64,000 nt of DNA from the human T2T-CHM13v2.0 reference genome, Homo sapiens. Of this stretch, positions 60,939 to 64,000 are shown in pieces (position 1 is the first letter of the stretch; each line of letters starts with the position of its first letter). The notes beneath the pieces are model-generated. The model saw only the letters and a program-made list of their open reading frames with translations. It had not been told where the DNA came from and searched no databases. The stretch lies in the NCBI RefSeq assembly GCF_009914755.1, contig NC_060937.1. One strand, given 5' to 3'. Made by a program: the position numbers and the translations under genes.

Positions 60939-61089
60939 TATGCATTCCACTAAAACTGTGCAATTTGTGAGAAAGTCCTTTCTACTCTCTCTGCTCCTTT
61001 TGTTCTTAATTCTAAGGCCAAGTTTTTAGTTTAGATTTTTAAAGTAAAAATGGAACACCTATTCAGTTAAATTTGTTTTTATGTCATAA

Positions 61090-61419
<330 letters not shown>

Positions 61420-62859
61420 TCAGTGTAGATATTTTTTAAAGCCAAGAAAGCCATAAGTATTGCACAAGTTATACACGTACCTGAATTTACATGCACACAT
61501 AGATATCAGTTCATGGGACTCACTCTCCTGTTTAAGATATGACCAGAGGCTTGTAACGACAATGTAGAATTCTAAGACAGCACAATAAAACAATCATAAA
61601 CTAACCACTTCCCTTTGCCAAGTTTAGCAAAGTGGATGGAACAGGAAAAAAGATGTTCATGATAATCCTATTTCATATAGATTAAGGCTGGATTAAGGTG
61701 CAGCCATTCAGATAAGGGGAGGGGTATTAAATTATCCGAAGGTCTCATTTGGTTACTATTATTTCTTAAGGCTTTTTTAAGGCTAAAGACGGCTGAAAGT
61801 CACTGGACACCTTTGTAGCCTTGTCATCTGGTCCTGGCCAGATCTGAGTTGAGAAAAACCAGCCTCAGATCCGCCTCTGCAGGAGTTGGGCGCTCCCCAC
61901 TCCCTGCACGCCCCGACTCCAACACTGGCTTCAGCTTCAATCCCAGAAAAGTGGATCAAAACGACAGGTTCCACGAACAAACACTGCGCCGGCGCCTCTA
62001 CTTTGGAGAAAAGGAAAAGGGCGTGAGGTTTCGGTCATTTTTGTCAAAGGAAATCAGATGAAAAGGGGTGTACAAAGGACCAGGTCTCGTGAGCGCAGCC
62101 AATCTTGTCCGCTCCCAAGCGACTCAGGCTCTTGGCAGGACTTGCTGTAGAGTCCCAGACGGAGTTAGCCACTGAGTCCTTCAGCGACCCAGGAAATAAC
62201 AACACTGTTGGCAGGTGGGGGAGGGCGCCCGGGAAGATATCCAATAGTGGCGTCAGGCAAGAGGACAGAAATGCTCCTTTCATTCACCTTTCGAAGCAGA
62301 GCATTTGGTCCCCGTTGGCCTCTGACTCTCTGTTGCGGCAATCTAGATGTTACCAGAATTCCCGTGTTTCCTTCATATTCAAAGGCACAGGAAATCTGGG
62401 GTGCAAGCGGACTGCTGTCTCTCAAGGAATAGAAGTCTGTGACAAACGTATAGAAATGAGTTTCATGTTGAACAAGATCCGTTTCTGCGTTCCTCCCTCA
62501 TCCAGCCTTGATTCTCCAGATGCTTACCAACTTCTTAATATTTACCTCAACTGCAAGGCTTTCAACCGGCGCTTTTGTTAGAATACTACTATCTTCCCAT
62601 TAAAGCAATGTCCACACTCAGTTTGCTTGGTGAAAATGTTAATAACGCACACTTAGAAAAACGGTGATAACCGTTGCTTGCATAAAGTGGCCATTTGAAT
62701 AGACTTTGGATCTGATTTAGAGATTTAGGGATGGATGTTTTAAAAAAAGCAAAAGTAGTAACAGACTATAGCATTGGTAATGTGTGTGTGCATATATACA
62801 TATTATTTTTAAAAAAATAAAGTTCGATTATTTCACCTGGCTTGTCAGTCACCTATGCA

Positions 62860-64000
62860 GGCGTCTGAGCCCCCGGGTTTCCAGGAGCCCCCCGTATAAG
62901 GACCCCAGGGACTCCTCTCCCCACGCGGCCGGGCCGCCCGCCCGGCCCCCAGCCCGGAGAGCTGCCACCGACCCCCTCAACGTCCCAAGCCCCAGCTCTG
63001 TCGCCCGCGTTCCTTCCTCTTCCTGGGCCACAATCTTGGCTTTCCCGGGCCGGCTTCACGCAGTTGCGCAGGAGCCCGCGGGGGAAGACCTCTCGTGGGG
63101 ACCTCGAGCACGACGTGCGACCCTAAATCCCCACATCTCCTCTGCCGCCTCGCAGGCCACATGCACCGGGAGCCGGGCGGGGCAGGCGCGGCCCGCAAGG
63201 ACCCCCGCGATGGAGACGCAACACTGCCGCGACTGCACTTGGGGCAGCCCCGCCGCGTCCCAGCCGCCTCCCGGCAGGAAGCGTAGGTGTGTGAGCCGAC
63301 CCGGAGCGAGCCGCGCCCTCGGGCCAGCGTGGGCAGGGCGCCGCAGCCTGCGCAGCCCCGAGGACCCCGCGTCGCTCTCCCGAGCCAGGGTTCTCAGGAG
63401 CGGGCCGCGCAGGAGACGTTAGAGGGGGTTGTTAGCGGCTGTTGGGAGAACGGGTCACGGAAACAGTCCCTTCCAAAGCCGGGGCCATCGTGGGGTGGGC
63501 GAGTCCGCCCTCCCAGGCCGGGGGCGCGGACCAGAGGGGACGTGTGCAGACGGCCGCGGTCAGCCCCACCTCGCCCGGGCGGAGACGCACAGCTGGAGCT
63601 GGAGGGCCGTCGCCCGTTGGGCCCTCAGGGGCCTGAACGCCCAGGGGTCGCGGCGAGTCCACCCGGAGCGAGTCAGGTGAGCAGGTCGCCATGGCGATGC
63701 GGCCCCGGAGAGCGCACGCCTGCCGCGGTCGGCATGGAAACGCTCCCGCTAGGTCCGGGGGCGCCGCTGATTGGCCGATTCAACAGACGCGGGTGGGCAG
63801 CTCAGCCGCATCGCTAAGCCCGGCCGCCTCCCAGGCTGGAATCCCTCGACACTTGGTCCTTCCCGCCCCGCCCTTCCGTGCCCTGCCCTTCCCTGCCCTT
63901 CCCCGCCCTGCCCCGCCCGGCCCGGCCCGGCCCTGCCCAACCCTGCCCCGCCCTGCCCCGCCCAGCCGGCCACCTCTTAACCGCGATCCTCCAGTGCACT
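62860..64000 (+). promoter_or_regulatory. CCNA1: CpG island / promoter and 5'UTR start of cyclin A1
   Basis: Very high GC and CpG content; clustered GC boxes; inverted CCAAT at 63770; terminal CCACCTCTTAACCGCGATCCTCCAGTGCACT and 63648-63732 match CCNA1 5' and methylation-assay sequence as I recall it. Confidence 0.85.
63862..63963. repeat. C-rich pentamer array (CCCTG/CCCCG/CCCGG) containing Sp1 GC boxes
   Basis: Direct reading; multiple CCCCGCCC. Confidence 0.9.

Noticed and set aside
63862-63963. Resemblance to the C9orf72 GGGGCC repeat
   Set aside because: The units are pentamers and the flanks match CCNA1, not C9orf72.
62784-63999. Overlapping 60-212 aa GC-rich ORFs
   Set aside because: Stop-poor CpG-island frames with no cyclin or other domain; the CCNA1 CDS starts beyond the window.

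Overview
Human (primate) genomic DNA, repeat-rich, with no intact protein-coding sequence. The last ~1.1 kb is a CpG island I recognise from memory as the CCNA1 (cyclin A1) promoter/5'UTR on the + strand; the ATG lies just beyond the window. That places the window on chr13q13.3 between the 5' end of SPART/SPART-AS1 and CCNA1, and splice signals near 1.2-1.7 kb fit that layout. The rest is Alus, L1s of several ages, L2/MIR, MaLR/ERV solo LTRs, MER DNA transposons and microsatellites; the supplied ORFs are Alu-, L1- or repeat-derived or chance frames. I found no novel coding system. The best leads are structural or regulatory: (1) two inverted L1MA copies with shared private mutations that look like one element split by an ancient ~24-kb inversion; (2) a recent 116-bp templated copy (115/116 identical) at an MLT1A/L1 junction; (3) twin hairpins carrying Oct/Sox-like motifs ~2 kb upstream of the CCNA1 CpG island; (4) MYB-GATA composite motifs and CTCF motifs; (5) a (GAA)29 tract; (6) a tailless U2 retrocopy. 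Subfamily names and consensus comparisons are from memory and need RepeatMasker/Dfam confirmation.
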